Shown here one piece after another: positions 43,657-52,883 of a stretch of DNA of 64,000 nt (position 1 is the stretch's first letter; each line of letters begins with the position of its first letter). The translations under genes and the position numbers were made by a program. The notes under the pieces are model-generated. The model saw nothing but the letters and a program-made list of their open reading frames with translations. It was not told where the DNA came from and ran no database searches. The stretch lies in the NCBI GenBank assembly GCA_016782645.1, contig JADHYC010000004.1, positions 612 through 64,611 of the forward strand. The letters are read 5' to 3'. This DNA is from Fidelibacterota bacterium. Lineage in GTDB: Bacteria; Fidelibacterota; UBA2242.

Positions 43657-44427
43657 ATGTTATTAGCAATTGACATAGGTAACACAAACACCTTCTTAGG
43701 GATCTTTGATAAGAATAAATTGGTAGAGAGTTGGAGACTCGTAAGTTCCCATACCCGTACCGTAGATGAGTACTGGATCACCGCAAAACTATTATGCAAT
43801 GATGCAAATATTAGTACTCGTGATTTAGATGGAGCAATCATAGGCTCTGTTGTTCCTGAATTAACCCATAATTTTACAGCAATGTCAAAAAAGTATCTCT
43901 CTATTGAACCAATTATCGTAAATCATACTTTAAATCTCTGTTTAAAATTTCTTGTTGAAGAACCTGCAGAAGTGGGTGCAGACAGAATCTGTAATATCGT
44001 AGCCGGTAGAGAACAATGTCCTTTTCCTCTTGTTATTGTAGATTTAGGAACTGCTACAACTTTTGATGTGCTAAATGAAAATGGTGATTACATTGGTGGT
44101 GCGATTGCTCCGGGTCTAACAACAGCATCTCGTGAATTAACACGAAAAGCAGCACAACTCTATAAAATCGCACTCGAATATCCTGACCACATTATTGGAA
44201 AAACCACAAAAGAACACATGCAAACCGGAATATTCGTTGGTCATATTGCTATGATTGAAGGAATTATCGAAAGGATCAAAACAGAGATTAATTGCAGTTC
44301 ACTTTATGTTCTTGCAACAGGTGGATTTTGTGAAGAGATAAAAAAACATTCGCAAATAATAAAAGAGGCAAATCCACTGTTAACACTTGAAGGACTGTGC
44401 TTGATTTATAATAAAAACATAAAGTAA
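43657..44427 (+). CDS. coaX: type III pantothenate kinase
   Basis: MLLAIDIGNTNT… ASKHA N-terminus and conserved DRI/GTATT motifs. Confidence 0.9.
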   Translation: MLLAIDIGNTNTFLGIFDKNKLVESWRLVSSHTRTVDEYWITAKLLCNDANISTRDLDGAIIGSVVPELTHNFTAMSKKYLSIEPIIVNHTLNLCLKFLVEEPAEVGADRICNIVAGREQCPFPLVIVDLGTATTFDVLNENGDYIGGAIAPGLTTASRELTRKAAQLYKIALEYPDHIIGKTTKEHMQTGIFVGHIAMIEGIIERIKTEINCSSLYVLATGGFCEEIKKHSQIIKEANPLLTLEGLCLIYNKNIK

Positions 44428-44450
44428 TTCCATTCCAGAGGAATAACATA

Positions 44451-45410
44451 ATGAAATATATACAGCTTGGTGAACGAGGTCCTAAGATTTCAACTATCGG
44501 ATTTGGCGCCTGGGCAATTGGCGGTACGAATTGGGGTAAAACTGATGATGAAGTGTCAAAACAAGCGATTCGGAAAGCACTTGACTCCGGCGTGACATTC
44601 ATTGATACTGCCGATGTATATGGCTTTGGTCATTCGGAAAACCTCATTTCTGAAATTCTAAAAGAAAGAGGAAAACAGAACATCGTTATTGCAACAAAAG
44701 CAGGAAATGATTTTTATTTTGCAAGTGAAAAGGACAATAAGGGCTATGGCCAAATTCGCCAAAGCTATGATAAAAAATATTTAATTTTTGCAGCTGAACA
44801 GAGTTTAAAAAGGCTCGGTGTTGATTTCCTTGACATTCTTCAGTTACACTCTCCTGACACCGATAAACTGGATAGAGATGAACCCTGGGAAGCCCTACAA
44901 AAACTTAAAGAAGATGGCAAAATCAAACACGCCGGTTGGAGCATTCAGTCATTTCAAGAAACGTCACAGGCATTTTTACTTGATAAGTACCACAATATCA
45001 TTGATACAATTCAGGTGCGTTACAATCTTTTAGAACGTGAAGCAGAAAAAGTACTATTCCCAAAAGCAATACAATATGGCATCGGTGTGATCGTTAGAAT
45101 TCCACTTCTCTTTGGCTTGCTGACGGGGAAATTCAACCGCAAAACTACATTTGGTGAAGATGACCACCGTCGAATGAATCTCTCCCCTAAAAAACTGGGT
45201 AAATACCTTAAACAACTTGAAAAATTCAAACCTTTCTTCGACAAATATCCTAACCAAACAATGGCACAAACAAATTTACGGTTTTGCATATCCCATCCAG
45301 CATGCCATATGGCTATCCCTGGTGCAAAAACCTCACAGCAAGTAACTGATAATTGTGCTGCTTCTGATCTCGGCTCGATTCCTTTTGAAAATATCCCTGC
45401 ATTAGTTTAG
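44451..45410 (+). CDS. aldo/keto reductase family oxidoreductase
   Basis: IGFGAWAIGG, AKR catalytic-tetrad context. 319 aa. Confidence 0.85.
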   Translation: MKYIQLGERGPKISTIGFGAWAIGGTNWGKTDDEVSKQAIRKALDSGVTFIDTADVYGFGHSENLISEILKERGKQNIVIATKAGNDFYFASEKDNKGYGQIRQSYDKKYLIFAAEQSLKRLGVDFLDILQLHSPDTDKLDRDEPWEALQKLKEDGKIKHAGWSIQSFQETSQAFLLDKYHNIIDTIQVRYNLLEREAEKVLFPKAIQYGIGVIVRIPLLFGLLTGKFNRKTTFGEDDHRRMNLSPKKLGKYLKQLEKFKPFFDKYPNQTMAQTNLRFCISHPACHMAIPGAKTSQQVTDNCAASDLGSIPFENIPALV

Positions 45411-45551
45411 AAAACGGTAGTAGATTATTTCTAATATTTCCAAATCAATGTGCACAAAAGTCCTATTACAATCTCCTATAAAAATGTCATCAGATCATAA
45501 ACCAAAAAAATTTACATGACTTCTATTATCTAAGACTCTAAATTTGAAACC

Positions 45552-46310
45552 ATGAATAAGCCGTTTTTAAGTTTACTGATTGTATTTTCACTTTCCGGGT
45601 TCTCCCTTGCACAAACGAATGAATTTCATGAGGAATACAAATATCGCGTAGATTTTTTATTTATTCCCTCGCTAGATATAACAATGAAAATCAGCTGCCC
45701 TACTCAACTCCAGAAAAAGAATGTAAAGATGCTTGAATTTTATACTCATACAAAAAAGGTGTTTAACCATATTTTCCAGATTAATAATTACTATAAATCT
45801 GTATATGACTCTAATAATTTTTCTATTTTTTATAGTGAAAAAATTATTGAGCAACCAAATGTTCGGCAAACCTTAACTGCTAATTATAGTGATACACTTG
45901 TAAAATATTCCAATAAGAAATCCTTGACTCTTCCCAAAAACACTCACAACTTCTTTTCACTTTTAATGCATGTTCGAAAGATAAACATTGATGAAATGGA
46001 AAAGCAAATCTTCCCTGTTGATATTGAGGGACATCTATATGAGGCAAGATTTAAGTATTTGGGAGAGGATATCATTGTTGTGGGCAACAAAGGAATTTTA
46101 ACAGATAAAATTGAAATTACACTTTTCGCTTTAAATACTGATCAGCCGGCAGTTACAGAGATTACAGATGTATTTAACTGGAAGATTGCTTCCAATAAAG
46201 GAAAAAGAAAAATCTGGATTGAAAAAAATAAGCCTCGACGAATAATAAAAACTGAATTCTATCTTTCACCGACGTGGCTAACTGCAAAATTGGTGGAATA
46301 TGAAAAGTGA
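45552..46310 (+). CDS. secreted hypothetical protein
   Basis: Signal peptide MNKPFLSLLIVFSLSGFSLAQ. No catalytic motif recognised. Confidence 0.5.
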   Translation: MNKPFLSLLIVFSLSGFSLAQTNEFHEEYKYRVDFLFIPSLDITMKISCPTQLQKKNVKMLEFYTHTKKVFNHIFQINNYYKSVYDSNNFSIFYSEKIIEQPNVRQTLTANYSDTLVKYSNKKSLTLPKNTHNFFSLLMHVRKINIDEMEKQIFPVDIEGHLYEARFKYLGEDIIVVGNKGILTDKIEITLFALNTDQPAVTEITDVFNWKIASNKGKRKIWIEKNKPRRIIKTEFYLSPTWLTAKLVEYEK

Positions 46311-46692
46311 AATTCTTAAAAAAATAGGCTCATTCTTTTACCGCTTCTGGAAAGTGATACTTATATGGATTATTCTATTCATTTTTATACTGCTTGGACT
46401 TCATTTCGGTCTGGATAAAAAAGTCATTGCTGTTTTTGCATTAATATTTGGAATTTTTAGTCATGCCTTCGCAGGACTAATATCTATCATCGCTATAATC
46501 CCAATAATTGGACCACTTATTGTCAGAGTATTATCCTTACCTGTATTCTGGCTACTTAATGCTGTTGGGTATTATGTCTCTGTTGTTGCAATTAAAAAAG
46601 GATACAGCAAAGATGTAATTAATTATAGAATTATTACAATAATTTTCCTCGTGGGATTCACCGTCGGGTTTCTAATTGCAAAGTTGATATAA
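46300..46692 (+). CDS. small integral membrane protein (3-4 TM)
   Basis: 130 aa hydrophobic. Overlaps the previous stop by 11 nt. Confidence 0.5.
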   Translation: MKSEILKKIGSFFYRFWKVILIWIILFIFILLGLHFGLDKKVIAVFALIFGIFSHAFAGLISIIAIIPIIGPLIVRVLSLPVFWLLNAVGYYVSVVAIKKGYSKDVINYRIITIIFLVGFTVGFLIAKLI

Positions 46693-46693
46693 T

Positions 46694-48727
46694 TCATTTT
46701 ACTACTTTAGCGCTGAACATCATATCACCCTTCTCAATTCGATAAACCACATCCATTCCTTCAACTACTTCACCAAATCGTGTATAATCGAAATCCAAAT
46801 GAGGTTGGGGAGAAATTGTTATAAAAAATTGCGAGCCTTCAGTATTTCGACCTGCACTCGCCATTCCTACTGACCCTGCGCTATAGCCTATTGGCGAACT
46901 TTCCGTCAACAGTGTGAAATCCGGTCCTCCCCATCCATCTCCACGAGGATCACCGCCCTGAATAACAAAATTCGGTACTACTCTGTGGAAATTTAAACCG
47001 TTATAAAACCCCCTATCTACAAGATCTAAAAAAGCAGAACTTGTAAAAGGAGCATAATAACCGTCACACTGTATAATAATTGTCCCTTTATCTGTCTCAA
47101 TCTTTACAAGAGGCGTCAGACCGTGTTGAAATAGTTTAGACAATCCAGGCTGCCTCGATGAAATAAATTGTTCATCGGGATAGAAGCTTTCATCTAATTC
47201 ATAGAGAGATTCTATGACTTCTTTAGATTTCTCTCTTACGGCAAGAAAATTACTGGTAAGAAAGGGTTTGATATAATCAAGAGCATCCTTCGGTCGAAGC
47301 TTCTCAATGGTTTTTAAAATCTCCAGTGTCGCTTCCGCATTCAAATAGCCATCGATATTTTCCATTGCATTGTAGAGGACAGATATAACAGGTATAAAAT
47401 CACCAACAGGATCACGCATTGCAGCTGCAGAAAGTGCAACTTTTGCAATATCTTTGCTTCTTAATCCAATTTTAGTAATAGTTAAAAGACTATCAAATTC
47501 CAGCTTATTTTCTAAGACTAGCTGCTTCGAAACGTTTAATAATCCGTCAAATGCTGGAGTTGATATCGAAGCTCTCCGGTTTTGTGATAATTCTCTTAAA
47601 ACATCAATTGCGTCTTCCTTTCCCCACTTCGAAAGTCCGACAATTTCATATTCCAATAAGTAATCGGGAAGCGGAAAAATATTTAAACTTCTTATGGATT
47701 CAAAACCATACTTTGAGATTAAAAACTGTATTGCCGCACCCCTGATACACTTTGAATGATTCTCAAGCAAACTATAAACAAATTGCAGCTGCTCTTCATT
47801 CAAATTTAACTCTACCGGGTAATTATCTAGTGCTGTGGCAATTACATGTGGATTTGAATCGTTAATAGCCTCAAACCAGAGTAAATCACTTCCCGGAATA
47901 TTTTTAAGTGCTTTAGCTACTTCTATCCTTACCCTCCAATTTTCATCATTAAACAGTTTTTGAAAAACTGTAAGTTTATTACTAAAAGCAATGTTCTTCA
48001 GTATAATAGCAATTCTAGCCCTAACTTCCGGGTCAGAACAAGAAGCTGCCTTTATCAATGAGTCTATATAGGGCAGAAGAATTTTGGTCTGTTTTACTCT
48101 ACTAAGTGCAGCAGCAGCACATCTTCTGTTTATAAAATCACCCTCGTTTAAATTTGAAATAGAATATTTAACTCTACCGAAAGTAACAACTCCTCTATCA
48201 AAAAAATTGACTAAAGAGGGAAGAAAAAGATTAGCCGATTCACAATCATCACAATTGTAAACTAAATATCTAACAGTTTCAATATCACCTATATTACCTA
48301 ACGATATCAAAATCTGCTTTTTTACATTGTAATCTTTTTCATATTTTAGGACCTCCATCAACAGTCTGCGGGAGTTCGAACAATCTAGCAATCCAAGTGA
48401 AAAAACAGCGCCCAATCGAACTAATGGTGAATTATCATTTAATAAACTTACTATTTGGGGTGCAATCAATGTGTCCAAGCTATTTCCAGACGCTAAAGCC
48501 AATCTGAACCTTATAGTTTTTGAAGAGAAAAGAAAATCATTAAATCTGGAATTAAGGTGTCTATTATTCTGAAGATAAAGTATCGTCTTCTCTTCTTGGG
48601 AAAAAGGTTCTTTTGAGCAAGAAAAGAAAAATAAAGAGATAATAATTAAACTTATAATATTGAAAACTTTTATCTTTTTCAATCCTTCCAGAAAGTAGAG
48701 ATATATGCTCCAGCACCAAGACCGCAC
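46694..48727 (-). CDS. HEAT-repeat lipoprotein fused to C-terminal cyclophilin-type peptidyl-prolyl isomerase
   Basis: C-terminal 170 aa contain cyclophilin motifs (FHRVVPNFVIQGGDPRGDGWGGP, SVGMASAGRNTEGSQFFI). The upstream 450 aa are HEAT/armadillo-like helical repeats. Lipobox …SLFFFSCS. The start may be the TTG at 48682 rather than 48727. Confidence 0.75.
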   Translation of the reverse strand: MRSWCWSIYLYFLEGLKKIKVFNIISLIIISLFFFSCSKEPFSQEEKTILYLQNNRHLNSRFNDFLFSSKTIRFRLALASGNSLDTLIAPQIVSLLNDNSPLVRLGAVFSLGLLDCSNSRRLLMEVLKYEKDYNVKKQILISLGNIGDIETVRYLVYNCDDCESANLFLPSLVNFFDRGVVTFGRVKYSISNLNEGDFINRRCAAAALSRVKQTKILLPYIDSLIKAASCSDPEVRARIAIILKNIAFSNKLTVFQKLFNDENWRVRIEVAKALKNIPGSDLLWFEAINDSNPHVIATALDNYPVELNLNEEQLQFVYSLLENHSKCIRGAAIQFLISKYGFESIRSLNIFPLPDYLLEYEIVGLSKWGKEDAIDVLRELSQNRRASISTPAFDGLLNVSKQLVLENKLEFDSLLTITKIGLRSKDIAKVALSAAAMRDPVGDFIPVISVLYNAMENIDGYLNAEATLEILKTIEKLRPKDALDYIKPFLTSNFLAVREKSKEVIESLYELDESFYPDEQFISSRQPGLSKLFQHGLTPLVKIETDKGTIIIQCDGYYAPFTSSAFLDLVDRGFYNGLNFHRVVPNFVIQGGDPRGDGWGGPDFTLLTESSPIGYSAGSVGMASAGRNTEGSQFFITISPQPHLDFDYTRFGEVVEGMDVVYRIEKGDMMFSAKVVK

Positions 48728-50910
48728 ATTGGAACAGCTCCCTGGTAGTCAGTATTGTATTCATCGTAAAGTTCAGGTATCAAATTAAAGTTCTGAGTTG
48801 CTTGATCATTAATCCAGCTGCGCAGTCTATATGCTTTATTGAAGTTTGTTACCTTTTTCAATGCTGAAATAACCCTTAAGTTGAAAAACACACATTCTTG
48901 CCTGTCATACCAATCTTCATTTGCAATTCTACGATAGCCGCGCGGAGAGTTTTTCATACATAAATATTTATCAAATGCAGCGAGAGTTCCTTTACTTACT
49001 TTGTCTTGCGGATTAAAAATCCAATTAAGAGCTTCCACAGAAGAAATATCCATATATGATTCGACGTCACGGTCTTCAAGATTTCCTTTCAAGGTATTTT
49101 CTTCCGGATCGAACAAATTCTTTTCTACGTTAATTCTAATTTTATTCGCAAAATCCTCGTACCGGTCTGCTCGATCTTCATCATCAATCAAACGAGCTAA
49201 CCAGGAAGCATCAACCAAACCACGATAAGCACATGCAGAAGTGTAAGTATAATGTTTACCCGGAAGATGTCTCCGGTATGGACCCGAATCAGACCTTATA
49301 AGTCCCGTTTCATCAACTAACGTCACCAGCACATCGGCAATCTGACGGGAGATTTTTGGCCAGTAATACTCTAAGAATTTTAAGTCCTCAGTAACTTCAA
49401 TATAGTGACGCAAGTTCCAGAGTGTTAAACCAAAACCATCAATCTCAATATTAGGTCCATTTTCATTACGGTATGAATTTTCAACACCATTGCCGAAATA
49501 TTGAGATACTGAAACAGCGTAATCTTGTCCAATACCATGATCTTCACCATACCACATGAAATGTTTATACTGCCCATTACGGCTATTCATAATAAACTGC
49601 AAAGCTGCAAGCGCCTCTTCTATATGACCAGTATATAACAGCGCGTTAATAGAATGGGCTTGATCTCGCACCCGGCTCATATTATATCCCGATGGTGGAA
49701 GAGATGCAATGATTTGACCACGAGTTGGGAATTCTTCTCTGCACTGCCCCATCTTTAATATAGCCAGGGACTGAAGATACAATCTTCTCCCATTTGGAAC
49801 TGTTATGTCCGGTATTAAAGTACATTCATGCCAGTCCCGCCACCAATTAACCTCCTCAATAAGTGCAGAAAATCCGGGATGTCTATTTTTAAACTTTCTC
49901 AAAAACACATAAGAATTGGGAGACTTATCATAGTAGAGAAAAACGGTGAGCCATTTGCGATTACCTTTCTGATAAGCCCATTTGCCAACATTAACATTTA
50001 TATCCTTACCAATAATTTCAAAATTTAAAGAAAGGCCATCTATATCATCTCCCTCGATAACTACAAAAAATATCCACATCGGCTTATCAACCGTAAAAGG
50101 ACAGAAGGCATATTGAGTTAACTTGAAGTTTTCACCTTCCAATTCATGCTTTATTATACCTGTTCCCTCAACAAAACCAGCTTTTTTAGAGGACAAACCT
50201 GAAAGTGGAATTTCTTCATCATCGCTAAACAAAACAGTTCTGGCATAATTTATCAAAAGTGGTGTTTCGGTCTGATCGTCGTATTTCTGATAAATATGAG
50301 GATAAAAATGAGCAAATTTGAGATTATTAACATCATAATTAGCAGCAGCAATTCCATTGGTGAAAGGAATTTGATAATACGACCGACGGGGAACCTCTTT
50401 TATATAGGACTTCTCTGTCTCTGATTCCGTAATGATTTTTAAAGGACCTTTGTAGATTCCTCCTTCAAAGCTTTCATCATATACTTTAATCGCAAGAACG
50501 TTGTGGGTTTGTAGAATTCCATTCGGAATAGAATAAAACCGATTAGTATTCCAAGCTGTAGAATAATTGGGAGGAAATGCTCCTGTCGCACCTATCTTCT
50601 CACCATTCAGAAATGTCTCATCAACATCGTCAATACGTCCTAAAACGAGAATAAGTGAATCCTGCCCAATTACCGAAGAATCTAAAGAGAAATGATACCG
50701 ATACCATGCGTATCCATCATACCCTTCATAGTCCTGGTCCTCCCAAAAAGAAGGAACCTTTATAGAATACCAAGATGAATCATTATATCCGATTTTTAAC
50801 CATGTTGAATCATCCCCAAGCTTGAATAGCCATTTGCCTTTTAAGGGAATTTCCCCATATAAGGCAGAAAGTAACAATAGAGATGCAAGAATTGTCTTAA
50901 TAAATTTCAT
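48679..50910 (-). CDS. glycoside hydrolase: N-terminal galactose-binding-like domain plus (alpha/alpha)6-barrel, GH15/GH63-like
   Basis: Signal peptide. N-terminal W…WYRYHF sugar-binding-domain pattern. C-terminal helical-hairpin region (…GLTLWNLRHYIEVTED…) resembles glucoamylase/glucosidase six-hairpin folds. The assignment is approximate. Confidence 0.5.
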   Translation of the reverse strand: MKFIKTILASLLLLSALYGEIPLKGKWLFKLGDDSTWLKIGYNDSSWYSIKVPSFWEDQDYEGYDGYAWYRYHFSLDSSVIGQDSLILVLGRIDDVDETFLNGEKIGATGAFPPNYSTAWNTNRFYSIPNGILQTHNVLAIKVYDESFEGGIYKGPLKIITESETEKSYIKEVPRRSYYQIPFTNGIAAANYDVNNLKFAHFYPHIYQKYDDQTETPLLINYARTVLFSDDEEIPLSGLSSKKAGFVEGTGIIKHELEGENFKLTQYAFCPFTVDKPMWIFFVVIEGDDIDGLSLNFEIIGKDINVNVGKWAYQKGNRKWLTVFLYYDKSPNSYVFLRKFKNRHPGFSALIEEVNWWRDWHECTLIPDITVPNGRRLYLQSLAILKMGQCREEFPTRGQIIASLPPSGYNMSRVRDQAHSINALLYTGHIEEALAALQFIMNSRNGQYKHFMWYGEDHGIGQDYAVSVSQYFGNGVENSYRNENGPNIEIDGFGLTLWNLRHYIEVTEDLKFLEYYWPKISRQIADVLVTLVDETGLIRSDSGPYRRHLPGKHYTYTSACAYRGLVDASWLARLIDDEDRADRYEDFANKIRINVEKNLFDPEENTLKGNLEDRDVESYMDISSVEALNWIFNPQDKVSKGTLAAFDKYLCMKNSPRGYRRIANEDWYDRQECVFFNLRVISALKKVTNFNKAYRLRSWINDQATQNFNLIPELYDEYNTDYQGAVPMCGLGAGAYISTFWKD

Positions 50911-50998
50911 ATAGTAAATATCACATCAATTATTTAAAATTTCAATCACATTAAACAGATTTACCCAGATAATTTTACACATTTTTAAAATTCCATAC

Positions 50999-51853
50999 CT
51001 ATTTTAAAAGCAACTTATCTATTTCCCTGGCAACCTCTAAAAAAATCTTCGTTATTGAAGATTCTTTATGAGTTAGCACCTCAGGCATCCCTAAGTCTGA
51101 AGTTATGGTCAAATCCGGATCAAGAGGTATCGCTCCTAATAATGGTACTCCAAGACGCTTGCTTTCAAGCTCTCCACCCTGCCCTTTAAAAACTTCTATC
51201 TCTTTACCACAGTGAGGACAACGCAAGAAGCTCATATTCTCAACTATTCCCAGAACAGGAACGTTCACCTTTTTAAACATATCAGCGCCTTTTTGAACAT
51301 CCAAAAGCGCAAGGTCCTGAGGCGTCGTTACCATAATAGCACCACTCACCTTGATCCTCTGCACCATACTTAACTGCACATCACCAGTCCCCGGTGGTAA
51401 ATCTATTATGAGATAATCAAGACTTTCCCATTCCGTATCATCAAAGAATTGATTCACTAATTTCGCAACCAATGGGCCCCTCCAGATTACCGGTGCATTC
51501 TCGCTCACAAACATTCCGAAAGATAAAAAACACATCCCATATTTCTCAATAGGCTGAATTTTTCCATTTAAAACATTTGGAGGTTTATGTATCCCCACCA
51601 TCATGGGTAAACTTGGACCGTAAACATCAAGATCAAGAACGCCAACTTTCTTACCAATAGTGGAAAGAGCGGCAGCAATATTAACTGCAACTGTAGATTT
51701 ACCAACCCCACCTTTTCCACTGGCAACTGCGATAACATAATTGACACCTGGAATTTTTGCTTGATGAGCCCAGGGATCTTGAGCTTTAACTTTTGGTTGA
51801 ACGGGGCACTGTTGCTTTTCAGTTCCCTGAGTATTCAAAGATGCTTTACTCAT
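50999..51853 (-). CDS. mrp: Mrp/NBP35-family Fe-S cluster carrier ATPase
   Basis: Walker A VASGKGGVGKST and CPHC motif (RCPHCGKE). Confidence 0.9.
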   Translation of the reverse strand: MSKASLNTQGTEKQQCPVQPKVKAQDPWAHQAKIPGVNYVIAVASGKGGVGKSTVAVNIAAALSTIGKKVGVLDLDVYGPSLPMMVGIHKPPNVLNGKIQPIEKYGMCFLSFGMFVSENAPVIWRGPLVAKLVNQFFDDTEWESLDYLIIDLPPGTGDVQLSMVQRIKVSGAIMVTTPQDLALLDVQKGADMFKKVNVPVLGIVENMSFLRCPHCGKEIEVFKGQGGELESKRLGVPLLGAIPLDPDLTITSDLGMPEVLTHKESSITKIFLEVAREIDKLLLK

Positions 51854-51940
51854 AGTAATTTCCTCATACTTTCAAGTAATAATTGATTTATCTCTTCTGC
51901 TCTGAACTTTGCTTCCCTTTTTAAAACCTCCTATAAAAAT

Positions 51941-52630
51941 CTAATACGTAATTTCTCCAATACTTCCTTCAAGTTCAAGCAACTTCCGCTTTAGTTCTAT
52001 CCCTCCAGCAAAGCCCGTTAATTTACCCTTTGAACCAATAACACGATGACAGGGAATAATAATTGGTAAAGGATTACGTTTTAGTGCTCCTCCGACTGCC
52101 CTTGTCGCTTTCGGTTTTCCCATCCATTCAGCAATTTCCATATAGGAAGCTATCTTCCCAAATGGTATAAGCTCTGTCCAATACAGAACCTGAAGTGAAA
52201 ATAATGAAGAAATCAAAGTTGTATCAATTTCAGGGAGTTGAAAAACCCTTCCTTCATTAAAATATCTTTTAAGGTCAGACAATAGTTTGACTCCAAATGA
52301 AGGTAATTGGGCACCAACAATCATCAGTCCTTTTGTTCTGACCCTATTTTCAGCTTTTCTAAAATGATTCTTTATTATACTTACTGACAAAACACCTTTT
52401 TCACTGCAAATAATTTGAAAATCCACATTAGCTCTGCCAATTCCTATGAAAACTCTCTTTGAAGAAAAATTTAAATCTATTACAAACCCAGCCTCTGACA
52501 TACATTCCTTCAAAAGATTCTGGCATTTCGAACAACTTCTCCAATGCTCAAAATAACTAATTTCTTCAGAAAGTGATAAATTGTGATTTGCAATTTCCTG
52601 AGCTAAAGTTCTTGATACATGATCTGTCAT
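51941..52630 (-). CDS. ogt: methylated-DNA--protein-cysteine methyltransferase (Ogt) with extended N-terminus
   Basis: C-terminal active site IPCHRVIGS in a helix-turn-helix context. 229 aa (about 60 aa longer than typical). The start overlaps the upstream stop as ATGA. Confidence 0.8.
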   Translation of the reverse strand: MTDHVSRTLAQEIANHNLSLSEEISYFEHWRSCSKCQNLLKECMSEAGFVIDLNFSSKRVFIGIGRANVDFQIICSEKGVLSVSIIKNHFRKAENRVRTKGLMIVGAQLPSFGVKLLSDLKRYFNEGRVFQLPEIDTTLISSLFSLQVLYWTELIPFGKIASYMEIAEWMGKPKATRAVGGALKRNPLPIIIPCHRVIGSKGKLTGFAGGIELKRKLLELEGSIGEITY

Positions 52631-52869
52631 GGTTTATACAATTCTAAACCTTTGTAATATAGATTCTTTAGTTCTTCGCTTATACTTCCATCCGGGAGCA
52701 TCCAATCAGAGTAGGGTTCACCACTTTCTTCCATTTGATAGCGAATACAATATTTTCGGTCTCCTTTGCAATATGACTCTATCCATTTCATATCGAGATT
52801 GCCATCTTCATAGAAACTTCTCAACGGACAAACCGGAAACCATTTACACTCTTTACGAAACATCTTCAA
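52627..52869 (-). CDS. small Cys-containing hypothetical protein (80 aa)
   Basis: Four Cys (CKWFPVC … CKGDRKYC). Translationally coupled (ATGA) to ogt and 15 nt after the acylase gene. Confidence 0.5.
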   Translation of the reverse strand: MKMFRKECKWFPVCPLRSFYEDGNLDMKWIESYCKGDRKYCIRYQMEESGEPYSDWMLPDGSISEELKNLYYKGLELYKP

Positions 52870-52883
52870 TCTTCAGCGAAATA

